DNA from: Bacteroidales bacterium
GTDB taxonomy: Bacteria > Bacteroidota > Bacteroidia > Bacteroidales > WCHB1-69
Reading direction: 5' to 3'
Length of the DNA: 64,000 nucleotides
NCBI GenBank assembly: GCA_047638115.1
Contig: JBLJBB010000057.1
Location: 15,686 to 79,685 of the forward strand
Of this stretch, positions 54,648-64,000 are shown one piece after another. Positions within the stretch are counted from its first letter, which is position 1. Each line of letters opens with the position of its first letter. Both the position numbers and the translations under genes were made by a program. The notes beneath the pieces are model-generated. The model was not told the DNA's origin. It worked only from the letters and a program-made list of their open reading frames with translations, and made no database searches.

Positions 54648-55214
54648 TTAATAGTTAACAAACTGACTAGTGGTATCAGGTTCTTCACCAAACCAAACGC
54701 AGGCATACCCTTTGTACATCCCTATACCTATCGCTTGCCATTCAGAACTTTTCCACATTCCTGAATTGATAATTACTGCATTATGGGGGGCACTCCCTTT
54801 CCAACTTTTTAGAGCAGTTGTTGGTGTCATCACTAAATCTTTTTGAGTACCATAAATCATAGTTACAATTTCATACCCTTTCCCCTTGTAATTGGTTAAT
54901 TCTGAAGGTTTACTGTACATCAATTTTGCTTGTGCATGATTTGAAGTGTAACATACTGGAATCCAATTTCCATGATTAGACCAACTATGAGCATTACAAC
55001 TCCCCTTATCCGGTCTGTTGATTGCCAAATCTTTTGCATGTGTTTGAGCTACAATTGTAAGTGAAGGGGATAACGGAATAACTGGTAATCCCTGTTCTGT
55101 ACGATATTGCATGATTAAATCGTACAATTTTTGCTCTTCAATGGTAAGTTTTTGACTCCAAAGGGTAGGGGTGATTGTCAAAAAAAGAATCACCCATAGT
55201 AATCTGATTTTCAT
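54648..55214 (-). CDS. Secreted CAP/SCP (PR-1-like) domain protein
   Basis: Signal peptide. ..HAKDLA.., ..WKGSAPHNAVI.. and ..GIGMYKGYACVWFGE pattern of CAP domains. Confidence 0.7.
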   Translation of the reverse strand: MKIRLLWVILFLTITPTLWSQKLTIEEQKLYDLIMQYRTEQGLPVIPLSPSLTIVAQTHAKDLAINRPDKGSCNAHSWSNHGNWIPVCYTSNHAQAKLMYSKPSELTNYKGKGYEIVTMIYGTQKDLVMTPTTALKSWKGSAPHNAVIINSGMWKSSEWQAIGIGMYKGYACVWFGEEPDTTSQFVNY

Positions 55215-55336
55215 AATAATAAAGTTATTGGAGTAGCTTTGAAATCATAAATTATTTTTAATTATCAAAAATTAAACGTTGTGAAGTTTCACATTAGTAT
55301 GACATTTTAATAATTGATATGTTAAAATTATCACAT

Positions 55337-57379
55337 TTATTTTACGATTATCACCTTTTTAATAATTGGTTCTTGATCCCTAATTAGAATTTTAATAAAA
55401 TAGATTCCTGAAGAAATGTTGGAAATATCAACAGTATGTGTGTTATTAAAAGTAGCAATCAGTTTTCCAGAACTATGGAACAACTCAACACACGCTATCT
55501 CATAATCACTAATTATCCTTACCCATTGAGTTGCTGGATTAGGGTAGATATATGGATTCTTATTTTTTAAATGTACTCCAATGTCTGCAGAAGGATCAAA
55601 CTCATAAGCCCCAATATCTGATCCACTGTCAATAGGTCTAGGAGTTCCAGAAAAATCATCATGAACTGAGGGAACGGGATATCCCATATTTATTGAACTG
55701 ATCGAATTTTGGTTGATGTCGAAAGAGCGCAACAAAGGGTCTGAATGGAGAGGATCTATGAATGTGATCGTACCATTTAGAACATTATTTGAATACTCCG
55801 TATTTGGAGATTCATTGAACACTGAAAAATGACCAGCGCAAATGTAAGGAAACATCACTAAGTTGTTTCTTGCAACTACAGGACCACACGAATCCTGAAT
55901 GTGAATTCCGTACCAAATTTGCCCGTTGGGATCACTCCCTTTAAAAATGGTATTGTGGTAAATATGCACCTGGGTTGGTACTGGAACCACATTATTTGGT
56001 CTGACTGAAATACCCGTAAAGTATGTGCCAAATGCAGTGGCATCCATAATGTTGTTGCGTACTGTAATATCTGTTCCAATGCAAGTTAAGATTACCGAAG
56101 GTTGCAAGGAGAGTGCACTTTGAGAACCAAAATCGGAAAAATATTGATTTTTTTCAAAGATGATGTTTGAGATTCTCTCATCTGTCCAATCATCCTGAGG
56201 AGCAATCATAATTGGCCATGGACCTGAAGAACCGAACAGATTATTTGAAATGATAGAAAACTGCGTTCTTTTATTCAAATGACTCCATTCAGTGGATGCA
56301 ATTTGAGCTTCAGTTGGACCATGAAATTTCATGGCATGTCGTCCTGTGTTTGTAGATAAACTGGATCCTGACATTTGATTATGGGAGATCACACCTTTGT
56401 AAGATTGCCAAATTCGGAGAACATGAGACTCTTGAGCATCTTTAAAAACGGAACCTAAGATCATTAATCTTTCGCTACCCACATAACCCACATTAACAGC
56501 TGCATTCTCAAAAACACAAGAAACAATTCCCATATGGTCTGCATGAGTATCTCCAAGTGGGTCGTTCCAGGTACTCCACCCAATCGGAACGGTAAATCCA
56601 TTAGTTTTTAGTCGAAGGAAGAGCCATTTTTTGAAAGATTGTGAGCCCCCAAAAGTACCGAAAGTGCCCGTAGGATCATTAAACTGGATATCCATGATTC
56701 TCCAATCCTGTTTATAATCTAATGGGAGAAAAGTACCCCCAGTAACGGTAATTTGAGGGTTGTTTTCAAAAATTCCAAATTGATCTGGATTCGTTCCAGT
56801 TCCGTAGGCCCCGATGATCACTGTACCTCCATTTTCGGGCCAATTATTGAGTCCAGCAGTAGCCCACGAGGCGCCCCTTTTAAACAAGATTCTTCTTCCT
56901 GAAGTGGCATATTGGGTAATGGTAGATAAATCGTTGGTAGAGATTTGCAGAGCTCCGGCAGGGGCTCCAATGAAAGAATTATCTCCAGCAGGATTCACAC
57001 AAACGGTAAGATTCCCTGCAAAAACGGTAGTCGGGTTTGTAACAGTTATGGTTGCATTAAAGGTTGTTGTTGTTCCATTTTCGAGTTTTTTTTGAAACTG
57101 AACGGTATAGATTCCAGGAGTTTCAAAGAGATGAGCCGTAATGGCGCCTTGTGCACTATTTTTTGAAAGTTGATTTGTACCCCATAAACCCGAATTTGGA
57201 TCATCAAAATCCCAAATAAAATTTGATGTATGAAACTCGTTTTGAGTACACTCTGCTTCAAAATGAACTAAGAGAGGCGCCACACCTTCCACCACAGAAG
57301 AAGAAATTTGAGCATTTCCATGGATAGGAATCACCAGCCAAAGAAGCATAAAAAAGGTTATAGTGGATCTGTTTTTCAT
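55337..57379 (-). CDS. T9SS type A cargo: PKD domain plus right-handed beta-helix protein with Por_Secre_tail
   Basis: Signal peptide, PKD-like VEGVAPLLVHFEA..FIWDFDD..GIYTVQF, and beta-helix repeats (..NN.. turns). C-terminus is ..IYPNPATQWVRI..SGIYFIKI..KKVIIVK. Confidence 0.8.
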   Translation of the reverse strand: MKNRSTITFFMLLWLVIPIHGNAQISSSVVEGVAPLLVHFEAECTQNEFHTSNFIWDFDDPNSGLWGTNQLSKNSAQGAITAHLFETPGIYTVQFQKKLENGTTTTFNATITVTNPTTVFAGNLTVCVNPAGDNSFIGAPAGALQISTNDLSTITQYATSGRRILFKRGASWATAGLNNWPENGGTVIIGAYGTGTNPDQFGIFENNPQITVTGGTFLPLDYKQDWRIMDIQFNDPTGTFGTFGGSQSFKKWLFLRLKTNGFTVPIGWSTWNDPLGDTHADHMGIVSCVFENAAVNVGYVGSERLMILGSVFKDAQESHVLRIWQSYKGVISHNQMSGSSLSTNTGRHAMKFHGPTEAQIASTEWSHLNKRTQFSIISNNLFGSSGPWPIMIAPQDDWTDERISNIIFEKNQYFSDFGSQSALSLQPSVILTCIGTDITVRNNIMDATAFGTYFTGISVRPNNVVPVPTQVHIYHNTIFKGSDPNGQIWYGIHIQDSCGPVVARNNLVMFPYICAGHFSVFNESPNTEYSNNVLNGTITFIDPLHSDPLLRSFDINQNSISSINMGYPVPSVHDDFSGTPRPIDSGSDIGAYEFDPSADIGVHLKNKNPYIYPNPATQWVRIISDYEIACVELFHSSGKLIATFNNTHTVDISNISSGIYFIKILIRDQEPIIKKVIIVK

Positions 57380-57396
57380 AGTTTTATCTTTGATGA

Positions 57397-57404
57397 CAAA
57401 AGTA
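57397..57404 (-). promoter_or_regulatory. Candidate -7 box for the T9SS type A cargo gene
   Basis: Minus-strand TACTTTTG, 17 nt upstream of ATG at 57379. A plus-strand TATCTTTG also occurs at 57385-57392. Confidence 0.4.
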
Positions 57405-57457
57405 AGGAAAATTAGTGAATTAGAAAATGAGTTTTTGTTTAAGGTTTAAAGATTTAA

Positions 57458-57477
57458 CGCTTCGCTGTTTAAGGTTT
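57458..57477 (+). repeat. Third copy of the CGCTTCGCTGTT(G/T)AAGGT word
   Basis: CGCTTCGCTGTTTAAGGTTT, compared with the copies at 17177-17220. Confidence 0.7.
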
Positions 57478-57482
57478 AGTTC

Positions 57483-57512
57483 AATTGCCTTGTACTTTAG
57501 TGCAAGGCAATT
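57483..57512. other. Perfect 10-bp stem hairpin (AATTGCCTTG / CAAGGCAATT, 10-nt loop)
   Basis: Read directly. Followed by only TT, so not a canonical terminator. Confidence 0.8.
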
Positions 57513-57676
57513 TTGATAAGAGTTAACCACAGAGTTTCACAGAGTTATAAAAGAGTATCACAGAGGTTGCAGATGAATAGCCGTGGGTTGCGAAACTACC
57601 TGCGGATGAATGATACCCCACAACACTCTACTACCTCGAAGAGGTTGAAGAAAAGAATGAAAAATAAAAAATGAAT

Positions 57677-57707
57677 CGCTCCGTAGGAGCGTTATATTTG
57701 TAGCAAA
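57677..57707 (+). repeat. Hairpin plus TATATTTG-box repeat, copy H4
   Basis: CGCTCCGTAGGAGCG (perfect 6-bp stem) followed by TTATATTTGTAGCAAA. Nearly identical to H1 at 17468. Confidence 0.8.
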
Positions 57708-57770
57708 TGAACTCCTAATTCTTTTTTCTGATTTTTGTATTTTTTTAAATAATTTGTATTGTTTTTTTAC

Positions 57771-57778
57771 TATTTTTG
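57771..57778 (+). promoter_or_regulatory. Candidate -7 box for the lipoprotein/OMP/DUF4249/TonB-receptor operon
   Basis: TATTTTTG, 216 nt upstream of ATG at 57995. The microsatellite lies in the implied leader. Confidence 0.35.
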
Positions 57779-57820
57779 CAAAAGAAAATAATTGAAAATA
57801 ATGAAGAATTTAGCAGTCAG

Positions 57821-57862
<42 letters not shown>

Positions 57863-57920
57863 GTGGGTTATGCTATATAATTATTTACATTGCTCAATTC
57901 AAAAGTAATGGAGTTTGATT

Positions 57921-57952
57921 ATCCCATTAACTAAGATAAAAGTTAATGGGAT
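57921..57952 (+). promoter_or_regulatory. Leader hairpin immediately upstream of the operon start
   Basis: Perfect 11-bp stem ATCCCATTAAC / GTTAATGGGAT with a 10-nt loop, ending 6 nt before ATG at 57959. Confidence 0.5.
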
Positions 57953-57994
57953 AAAATTATGAACTCGAATTACAAATTAATAAAAATCAAAATT

Positions 57995-58720
57995 ATGAAA
58001 TTAATCAAAAACATAAAATATTTTATCTTATCATTATTTATTTTAATGTTCGTTTCATGTGAAAAGGAATCCACAGAAATAGATTCAAAATCAACAGAAT
58101 CTTTAAAGTATTCCAAAACAATTAGAGTTTTTGCTGATAATAATAAAGATTATTTAGACTTAAGAGTTTCTTCAAATAAAAATGAAATTATTGATGAATA
58201 CACTTCTACTTATAATATGAAATTAAGCAACAAAGACCCTGATTATATAACTGTTAATCAACAAGATAGACAAGTTTCTGAAATAAAAAACTTAGAGGAT
58301 TCAAAAGATCAATTAGAAATTGAAATTATTGATGGAAGTAAAGGTGTAAAAGAAAATTATTCAAATATTTCTTTTGAGGTAAATGAACAAAATAAAGACA
58401 ACCCACCTCTTCCAAATTTTAATTATTCAGTAACTTATAAATCTTGGGCAAACCATCCAACTTTATATCTAAAATATTATCCAAAAAGTTATGACTACTG
58501 GGGTATAAAATTTCTTTGGGGATATTTGCCCAATGATGGATTTTGGACTGTTTGGAGATGGCAATCTACTATTACAACTGTTCCATATACAACACCTGAA
58601 ACTACTTATTTAAATGTGTGGAATAATACTGGTCAATATAAACTTGGGGTAAAAGTTCAAGCTCCTTGGGCTGCAGGTAGTGAATGGGCTAATTTTGTAT
58701 GGTTTTGGAATTCTTATTAA
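57995..58720 (+). CDS. Hypothetical lipoprotein with Trp-rich C-terminal domain
   Basis: MKLIKNIKYFILSLFILMFVSC lipobox (alternative start 57959). The last ~90 aa contain 12 Trp (..WGIKFLWGYLPNDGFWTVWRWQ..WAAGSEWANFVWFWNSY). Confidence 0.65.
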   Translation: MKLIKNIKYFILSLFILMFVSCEKESTEIDSKSTESLKYSKTIRVFADNNKDYLDLRVSSNKNEIIDEYTSTYNMKLSNKDPDYITVNQQDRQVSEIKNLEDSKDQLEIEIIDGSKGVKENYSNISFEVNEQNKDNPPLPNFNYSVTYKSWANHPTLYLKYYPKSYDYWGIKFLWGYLPNDGFWTVWRWQSTITTVPYTTPETTYLNVWNNTGQYKLGVKVQAPWAAGSEWANFVWFWNSY

Positions 58721-58723
58721 AAT

Positions 58724-59356
58724 ATGAAAAAATCACTCCTAATTTTTATCTTTTTTTGCTTTAGCTTTGATGCTTTTTCACAAAGTGTATATGTGAAAGC
58801 TGGGTTAAACCTTTCAAATATTTTCCAATTTGGAAATTCCTTTACAAATGATTTTAAAATCAAACCAGGGTTTCATTTAGGTGGAACATTTGAAATACCG
58901 ATTGACACCAATGTCTATTTTGAAACGGGTCTTTTTATAGATTCTAAAGGCTATAAATTTGAATCTTGGACACAATCAGATCCTAATGTAAAGGTGAAAA
59001 CAGAACTCTATTTTATTGAGATCCCTCTTTTGTTCAAATATAAATATCCTTTGAAAAATGTTCTTATAGTAGGTTCCTTTGGACCAAATTTTGGAATTGG
59101 AATTTGGGGGTATCAGACTCAAAAAGGCTCTTTATTTGTTCCAGATAAAATTAATTATGATTGTTTTGGAGAAACAGGGATGTATAATCGTTTTTATGGA
59201 GCACTCTTTGGTTCATTGGGCATTGAGTACAGAAAATATATCTTTTCTGTAAATTGCAATTTTGGATTAACAAATATATATGGATATCGATATGCACCAT
59301 ATTACTCAAACTATTCAATCTCTCTCTCAGTAGGATATAAATTATGGACAAAATAA
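58724..59356 (+). CDS. Small outer-membrane beta-barrel (porin-family/OmpA-like barrel) protein
   Basis: Signal peptide ..SFDAFSQ, alternating strands and C-terminal ..SLSVGYKLW. Confidence 0.65.
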   Translation: MKKSLLIFIFFCFSFDAFSQSVYVKAGLNLSNIFQFGNSFTNDFKIKPGFHLGGTFEIPIDTNVYFETGLFIDSKGYKFESWTQSDPNVKVKTELYFIEIPLLFKYKYPLKNVLIVGSFGPNFGIGIWGYQTQKGSLFVPDKINYDCFGETGMYNRFYGALFGSLGIEYRKYIFSVNCNFGLTNIYGYRYAPYYSNYSISLSVGYKLWTK

Positions 59357-60336
59357 ATCTTATTCAAAAATATATCAATCCCATAATAATTTTTGTGGGA
59401 TTGATTTTCTTTATGCTTACTTCTTGTCAAAATATTTTAGAAGAAGCAAGTTTTGAACTTACAGGATTACATAAGCCCACTCCTGTAATATCAGGGTTCA
59501 TTACTCCTGATTCTATGGTGAAAATTATAATGTCAGGCACGTTACCTGCATTTTCTTCCGATACTGCCATTTACAATTATGAGCAAGTAACCATAACCGA
59601 TATAAAAAACAATTTGATCTACAACTTTTACCCTAGTGACAGTGCACAAATATGGACACACAATAATTTTACTCCTGAGTTTGGAGGATTATATAAAATT
59701 CAAGCACAACTATCTGGTTCCAATGATCTTATTGAAGCCATAGATTCAATTCCTTACCCATGTTCAGTGCAAAATCTAACAGTTTTGCCTGCTGAAGGAG
59801 TTTACAATTTAGCAAAATTAAAAATAACACCCCCAACAAATACTCCAAAAATTAGTTATTACGAAATTTTGGTTTTTGGAAAAACATATAGTTCCACTTT
59901 TGGAAATGGAGATGGCCAAATCTATAATTTGAAAACTTACAACGAGTTGATCACTTCTGAAGATTATTACCCAAAAGTTAATATGACTACTCCCAATTAT
60001 CCAAAAACTTTACTCTTTAAAACACAACCTGGACAAACTCCGTTTTATATAGATTTTGTTTATATGTCTCCTGGTGGATCAGGTGGAGGTGCTATTGCAG
60101 ATTACTTTTTATTTGAACATACGCTTAGGGTTGAAGTAAGAGTGGTTAGCCAAGCCTATTTTTTATACAAAACATCTTACTATAAACAAATAAATGCCAT
60201 TAATGGAGATTCATTCTATGGACTTCCCAATCCGGTGTCTGTTTTCTCAAATATTAAACATGGATTAGGCGTTTTTGCTGGATTTTCAACCGTTTCAACA
60301 GAATTTTTAGTACCAGAAAGGTATGCCAATGATTAA
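59344..60336 (+). CDS. DUF4249-like lipoprotein
   Basis: Lipobox MLTSC. C-terminal ..SNIKHGLGVFAGFS.. motif as recalled for DUF4249 partners of CarboxypepD_reg TonB receptors. Overlaps both neighbours by 13-14 nt. Confidence 0.55.
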   Translation: MDKINLIQKYINPIIIFVGLIFFMLTSCQNILEEASFELTGLHKPTPVISGFITPDSMVKIIMSGTLPAFSSDTAIYNYEQVTITDIKNNLIYNFYPSDSAQIWTHNNFTPEFGGLYKIQAQLSGSNDLIEAIDSIPYPCSVQNLTVLPAEGVYNLAKLKITPPTNTPKISYYEILVFGKTYSSTFGNGDGQIYNLKTYNELITSEDYYPKVNMTTPNYPKTLLFKTQPGQTPFYIDFVYMSPGGSGGGAIADYFLFEHTLRVEVRVVSQAYFLYKTSYYKQINAINGDSFYGLPNPVSVFSNIKHGLGVFAGFSTVSTEFLVPERYAND

Positions 60337-62653
60337 GATTTTACATAAATTAAAAAGATCCTTTCTTTGCTTCCTTCTTGTAATCGGATTAATTCAATTC
60401 GGACACTCTCAAAGAACAACCCTATATGGAAAAGTTGTTTCTGCAAAAAATGGTGAGATACTCATCGGTGCTCTTATTGTTGATCCCATAACTCAAGCAT
60501 CTTCCATTACAGATCAGTTTGGAAGGTACTCCATTGAAACCAATTTTATAGGGGATTCTCTTTCTCTTGAAGTTCTCTGTTTGGGTTATATGAAGCAAAA
60601 GGTCATATTTTCTCCTTTTCAAAAATCGATTTTACACAATTGGTCTCTCACCCAATCAACACAACAATTAGCAGAGGTGGAAATTGAAGGATCACGTAGT
60701 CAATATCTTTCTGAAAATCAAACTTCTGGATTTAAACTGGCTCCTATTGAACTTAAAAGTGCACCTTCTATCGGTGGGGAGAAAGACTTGTTAAAAATGA
60801 TTCAGCTAACTCCTGGAATCCAAATCTCAAACGATTTCAACTCCAATCTTTTTGTTAGAGGAGGAGATTATGATCAAAATCTTTTTTTGTTGGACAACAT
60901 GCCCCTTTACCATGTAAACCATGCTGGAGGTTTTTTATCCACTTTTAATGCTGACATCATCAAAAGTGCTGAGATTTTGAAAGGAGATCAATCAGCAAAG
61001 TATGGTGGAAGGTTATCTTCTGTTGTTAATATAAATACAATTGATGGAGATATGAGCCATTATAATTATGATATAAACTTGGGTCTTATCTCTTCAAAAA
61101 TAATGTTAAATGGGCCCATTGTAAAAAACAAAGCCTCTTTTGTAGCTTCTTTTAGAATAAATTCTCCCATTGTGAGATATACTTTTGGAGCTTTCAAATT
61201 TCTATTTTATGATACAAATTTAAAGTTAAATTGGGAAATTAGCAAAAAAGACAGGGTCAATTTTAGTTTTTATAATGGGTACGATAATATTGGAGTAAAA
61301 TTTGGAGAAGATTCTGTTTTAATCTCAAATCTATCTGCTGGATGGGGAAATTTTGCCTCTTCATTGAGATATAACAAGCTCTTTACTTCTAAACTTTTTG
61401 CAGATTTCATCTTAGGATACACCCAATATAAGTACGAAGAGAATTCAGATATTCAATTTTTTGCAGATAAGATAATTTTCAAAAATTTAAACAATCAGTT
61501 CAAATCTAAAATAACCGAATCTTTTCTGAAAGCCCACTTTAATTATTTTATCTCAAATTCATGGTCACTTTGTACTGGGGTAGAATCTTCATTAATCCAA
61601 TTTGAACCAGGGGCTTCTTTTATTAAAGTCCAAGTGATCGAAGAAGATTTAATTCAAGATAATGTTTCTTATCCTTTGACAAAATCTTTTGAAAATTCAT
61701 TTTTTATTGAAGCAATTGGAAAAGAGGTGTATGGTTTTAATTTCAATATTGGTCTAAGAGGTCAATGGGTAAATATTAAAAATGACAACTTTTTAACACT
61801 TCAACCCAGAGTTTTTGTCTCCAAATCTTTAGGGAAACTTTTTGCAATCAAAGCATCTTATTCCAGATTAACTCAAAATTTTCACATGGTTTCCAATGAA
61901 GGGGGCGGTATCCCTGTTGAGTATAGATTACCTGCATCCCAATATGCTCCTCCTTCTATAAGTGATCAGTTTGTGTTAGGAGCAACTTTTTCACCAAAAA
62001 AATCATCCTATTTCTTTAGTATTGAGGGATATTACAAAAAAATGTATCATTTAGTTACCTTAAAAGAGGGAGTCTATTTTACACTTGATTTTAGAGATTT
62101 CGAGAACATTCTTTATACTAATGGTAAAGGAGAATCTAAAGGGATAGAGTTTTATATTAGAAAAATCAAAGGAAAATCAACAGGTTGGATTGCCTCTACT
62201 CTTTCTAAAACAACTCGTCAATTTGCCGAAATTAATGATGGCATCCCTTATCCTTTTAAATTTGATCGCCGTTTTGATCTTAAGATTTTTTACCAAAGAG
62301 CCATTACGCACCGATTTAGCGTTTCAATTTCTTGGGCCTTTGCCACAGGAAATGCATTTACTTTGCCCATTGGTAGTTATGTTGATATTAATGGAAACTC
62401 AATTTTGGTATATGGACCTCGAAACAGTTTTAGAGAAAAAAGTTACCATCGCTTAGATATCGGATTTCAGTACCAATTTAAAATTAGAAAAAAGATTAAT
62501 TGTACGTTAGATTTTAATATCGTTAATTTATATAATCGCAAAAATCCATTTTTTTATTATATTGGTTATAATGGTACAACAACTCCAAAGTTATATGTTC
62601 AGCATCAATTCCCTCTTTTCCCATCCATAAACATCTGTTTCAAAAATCTCTAA
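60323..62653 (+). CDS. TonB-dependent receptor with N-terminal carboxypeptidase-regulatory-like domain
   Basis: LYGKVVSAKNGEILIGALI (CarboxypepD_reg-like), plug (..LTPGIQ..FVRGG..DNMPLY..) and about 500 aa of barrel. Confidence 0.8.
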   Translation: MPMIKILHKLKRSFLCFLLVIGLIQFGHSQRTTLYGKVVSAKNGEILIGALIVDPITQASSITDQFGRYSIETNFIGDSLSLEVLCLGYMKQKVIFSPFQKSILHNWSLTQSTQQLAEVEIEGSRSQYLSENQTSGFKLAPIELKSAPSIGGEKDLLKMIQLTPGIQISNDFNSNLFVRGGDYDQNLFLLDNMPLYHVNHAGGFLSTFNADIIKSAEILKGDQSAKYGGRLSSVVNINTIDGDMSHYNYDINLGLISSKIMLNGPIVKNKASFVASFRINSPIVRYTFGAFKFLFYDTNLKLNWEISKKDRVNFSFYNGYDNIGVKFGEDSVLISNLSAGWGNFASSLRYNKLFTSKLFADFILGYTQYKYEENSDIQFFADKIIFKNLNNQFKSKITESFLKAHFNYFISNSWSLCTGVESSLIQFEPGASFIKVQVIEEDLIQDNVSYPLTKSFENSFFIEAIGKEVYGFNFNIGLRGQWVNIKNDNFLTLQPRVFVSKSLGKLFAIKASYSRLTQNFHMVSNEGGGIPVEYRLPASQYAPPSISDQFVLGATFSPKKSSYFFSIEGYYKKMYHLVTLKEGVYFTLDFRDFENILYTNGKGESKGIEFYIRKIKGKSTGWIASTLSKTTRQFAEINDGIPYPFKFDRRFDLKIFYQRAITHRFSVSISWAFATGNAFTLPIGSYVDINGNSILVYGPRNSFREKSYHRLDIGFQYQFKIRKKINCTLDFNIVNLYNRKNPFFYYIGYNGTTTPKLYVQHQFPLFPSINICFKNL

Positions 62654-62920
62654 TATTTCCAATTCTAAAAACATCTTTGCGATTTTTCGAATAAATGATT
62701 AGACTAGAGATAAGAGACTCCAGCCAACAGTCCACAGACTTTAGACAACTGTCACTAAATCAACAAAATGCAAATTTTTATTCACAATTTCTCTTTGTAT
62801 TAGTTCTTTCTCCTTATTGATAACTATAAGGAAAGTGTAATCATAAGATCTTGACCCTATGCAATTTGTTAAATGTGTACCTTTTATTATAATATTTGTC
62901 AGATTATCCAAACTTTATAT

Positions 62921-62928
62921 TATCTTTG
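62921..62928 (+). promoter_or_regulatory. Candidate -7 box for the metallophosphoesterase gene
   Basis: TATCTTTG, 135 nt upstream of ATG at 63064. Confidence 0.3.
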
Positions 62929-63063
62929 CCAAGAATAATAATTTTTCACAGAGTCTAATTAGTTGAATTTTTTTTAAAGAACACTTAGCAATACACATAA
63001 AAATGACAACTATTTAGTAATACAAAATAAAATATTTAAAACACCATTTAAATTCTAAATATT

Positions 63064-64000
63064 ATGAAAAATTACAAATTAATTCTTGGATTACTCATGT
63101 TTTTTGGTTTAACCATCTGCATGCTTACATCATGTGAAGAGGATATCATACCAGATAATCCATCAACAATGATAACCCCTTTAAACAACGGCACTAAAGT
63201 CCGTAATTTAATTCTTATAATTAGTGACATTCACCTAGGTGTGGCTAGCTATCAAGAATGCAATGCTAACCGAATAGCTTTGGTTCATTTCCTGCAAAAA
63301 GTTAGAAATTCTCCTAATGTTAAAGAATTGGTTATTGCTGGAGACTTTTTAGATGAATGGTTTGTTCCAGCAAACATTGATAACTACCAAGGAACTGATC
63401 AAACTAACTATGTTGATCGAATTGCATTAAATAATCAATCCGTCTTTAATGCTTTTAACAATATTATTCAAGATGGGAATATTCTTTTAACCTATATTCC
63501 AGGAAATCATGATTTGACTATTACAGAAGCTAATATCAACCGTATTTTACCAGGAATCAATCAAAGTCGAGATGTTGGAAAATTAGGATTAGGATCCTAT
63601 TCTCCTGAAAATTATCCTGAAATTGTAATTGAACATGGACACCGTTATAATTTTTTCTGTGCACCAGATCCATTCTCTAATCAAGATATTGCTCCGGGTA
63701 CAATTTTACCCCCTGGTTACTTTTTTACCAGAATCGCAGCATTACATGTTGTTCAAGGATGTGAACAAAACATCGACACGCTCCCTATTGTTACAGTGAA
63801 CGGTTCTGGTGGTCCAAGTCAGTCTTTACTTTATAAATATTGGTATCTTTGGGCATGGGCAATTAATGAATTACCCGTTAATCAACATTTTGATGATGAT
63901 TTTATTATTACAAATTTGAATGGGTTAAATGGATCTTATAGCATTAATGATTTAATTCCATATCAAAAAACTCCAGGTGGGACTATTCAATTAAACCTTT
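63064..64000 (+). CDS. Calcineurin-like metallophosphoesterase lipoprotein (5' part; continues beyond window end)
   Basis: Absent from the ORF track because there is no stop in the window. MKNYKLILGLLMFFGLTICMLTSC lipobox, then LILIISDIHLG, VIAGDFLDEW, IPGNHD and EHGHRYN motifs. Confidence 0.85.
   Translation, partial: MKNYKLILGLLMFFGLTICMLTSCEEDIIPDNPSTMITPLNNGTKVRNLILIISDIHLGVASYQECNANRIALVHFLQKVRNSPNVKELVIAGDFLDEWFVPANIDNYQGTDQTNYVDRIALNNQSVFNAFNNIIQDGNILLTYIPGNHDLTITEANINRILPGINQSRDVGKLGLGSYSPENYPEIVIEHGHRYNFFCAPDPFSNQDIAPGTILPPGYFFTRIAALHVVQGCEQNIDTLPIVTVNGSGGPSQSLLYKYWYLWAWAINELPVNQHFDDDFIITNLNGLNGSYSINDLIPYQKTPGGTIQLNL

Noticed and set aside
62654-63063. Structured element in the 410-bp spacer before the metallophosphoesterase gene (AGACT-rich words at 62700-62760)
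   Set aside because: It has only loosely repeated pentamers, with no inverted repeats, no copies elsewhere in the window and no ORF. The evidence is insufficient.

Overview
This is a 64-kb segment of an AT-rich Bacteroidota chromosome. That assignment is an inference from sprA, T9SS type A and type B cargo genes, a TonB-dependent receptor/DUF4249 pair, and recurrent TAnnTTTG -7 promoter boxes. I call about 45 protein-coding genes, mostly housekeeping or envelope functions. They include a P1B-type metal ATPase (partial, at the left edge), a Pif1-like helicase, a cold-shock protein, aroB, two Zn peptidases and a Crp/Fnr regulator. There are also a COG2403 P-loop protein, a 1409-aa fused CoA-enzyme activase, an FAD/Fe-S oxidoreductase, holB, uvrC, ruvA-sprA-ABC-F and a LytTR two-component pair. 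The window ends with a lipoprotein/beta-barrel/DUF4249/TonB-receptor operon and a partial metallophosphoesterase at the right edge. One stretch (about 11.46-20.1 kb) is clearly accessory and decayed. It holds a transposase remnant, a 4.5-kb T9SS type B adhesin-like gene of higher GC, an AAA-ATPase pseudogene, about 1.5 kb of nested non-coding repeats, a TfoX stub and a higher-GC VOC+AraC pair. An IS1595-like transposase gene sits at 36.65-37.66 kb. By eye I saw no rRNA, tRNA, CRISPR array, cas genes, prophage or recognisable multi-gene defence or toxin system, so I do not claim a novel multi-gene system. The most unexplained content is non-coding or single-gene: (i) a modular GC-rich repeat family bracketed by inverted tandem heptamers (4-5 copies); (ii) a hairpin plus promoter-box repeat family; (iii) a 170-bp MITE-like element; (iv) an (ATCT)10 microsatellite and hairpin in the leader of the TonB-receptor operon; (v) a secreted Cys/His-rich tandem-repeat protein; (vi) a strongly GC-shifted activase gene. 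All family assignments come from motif recognition by eye, GC values are hand counts of sample 60-nt lines, and no database search or folding program was run.
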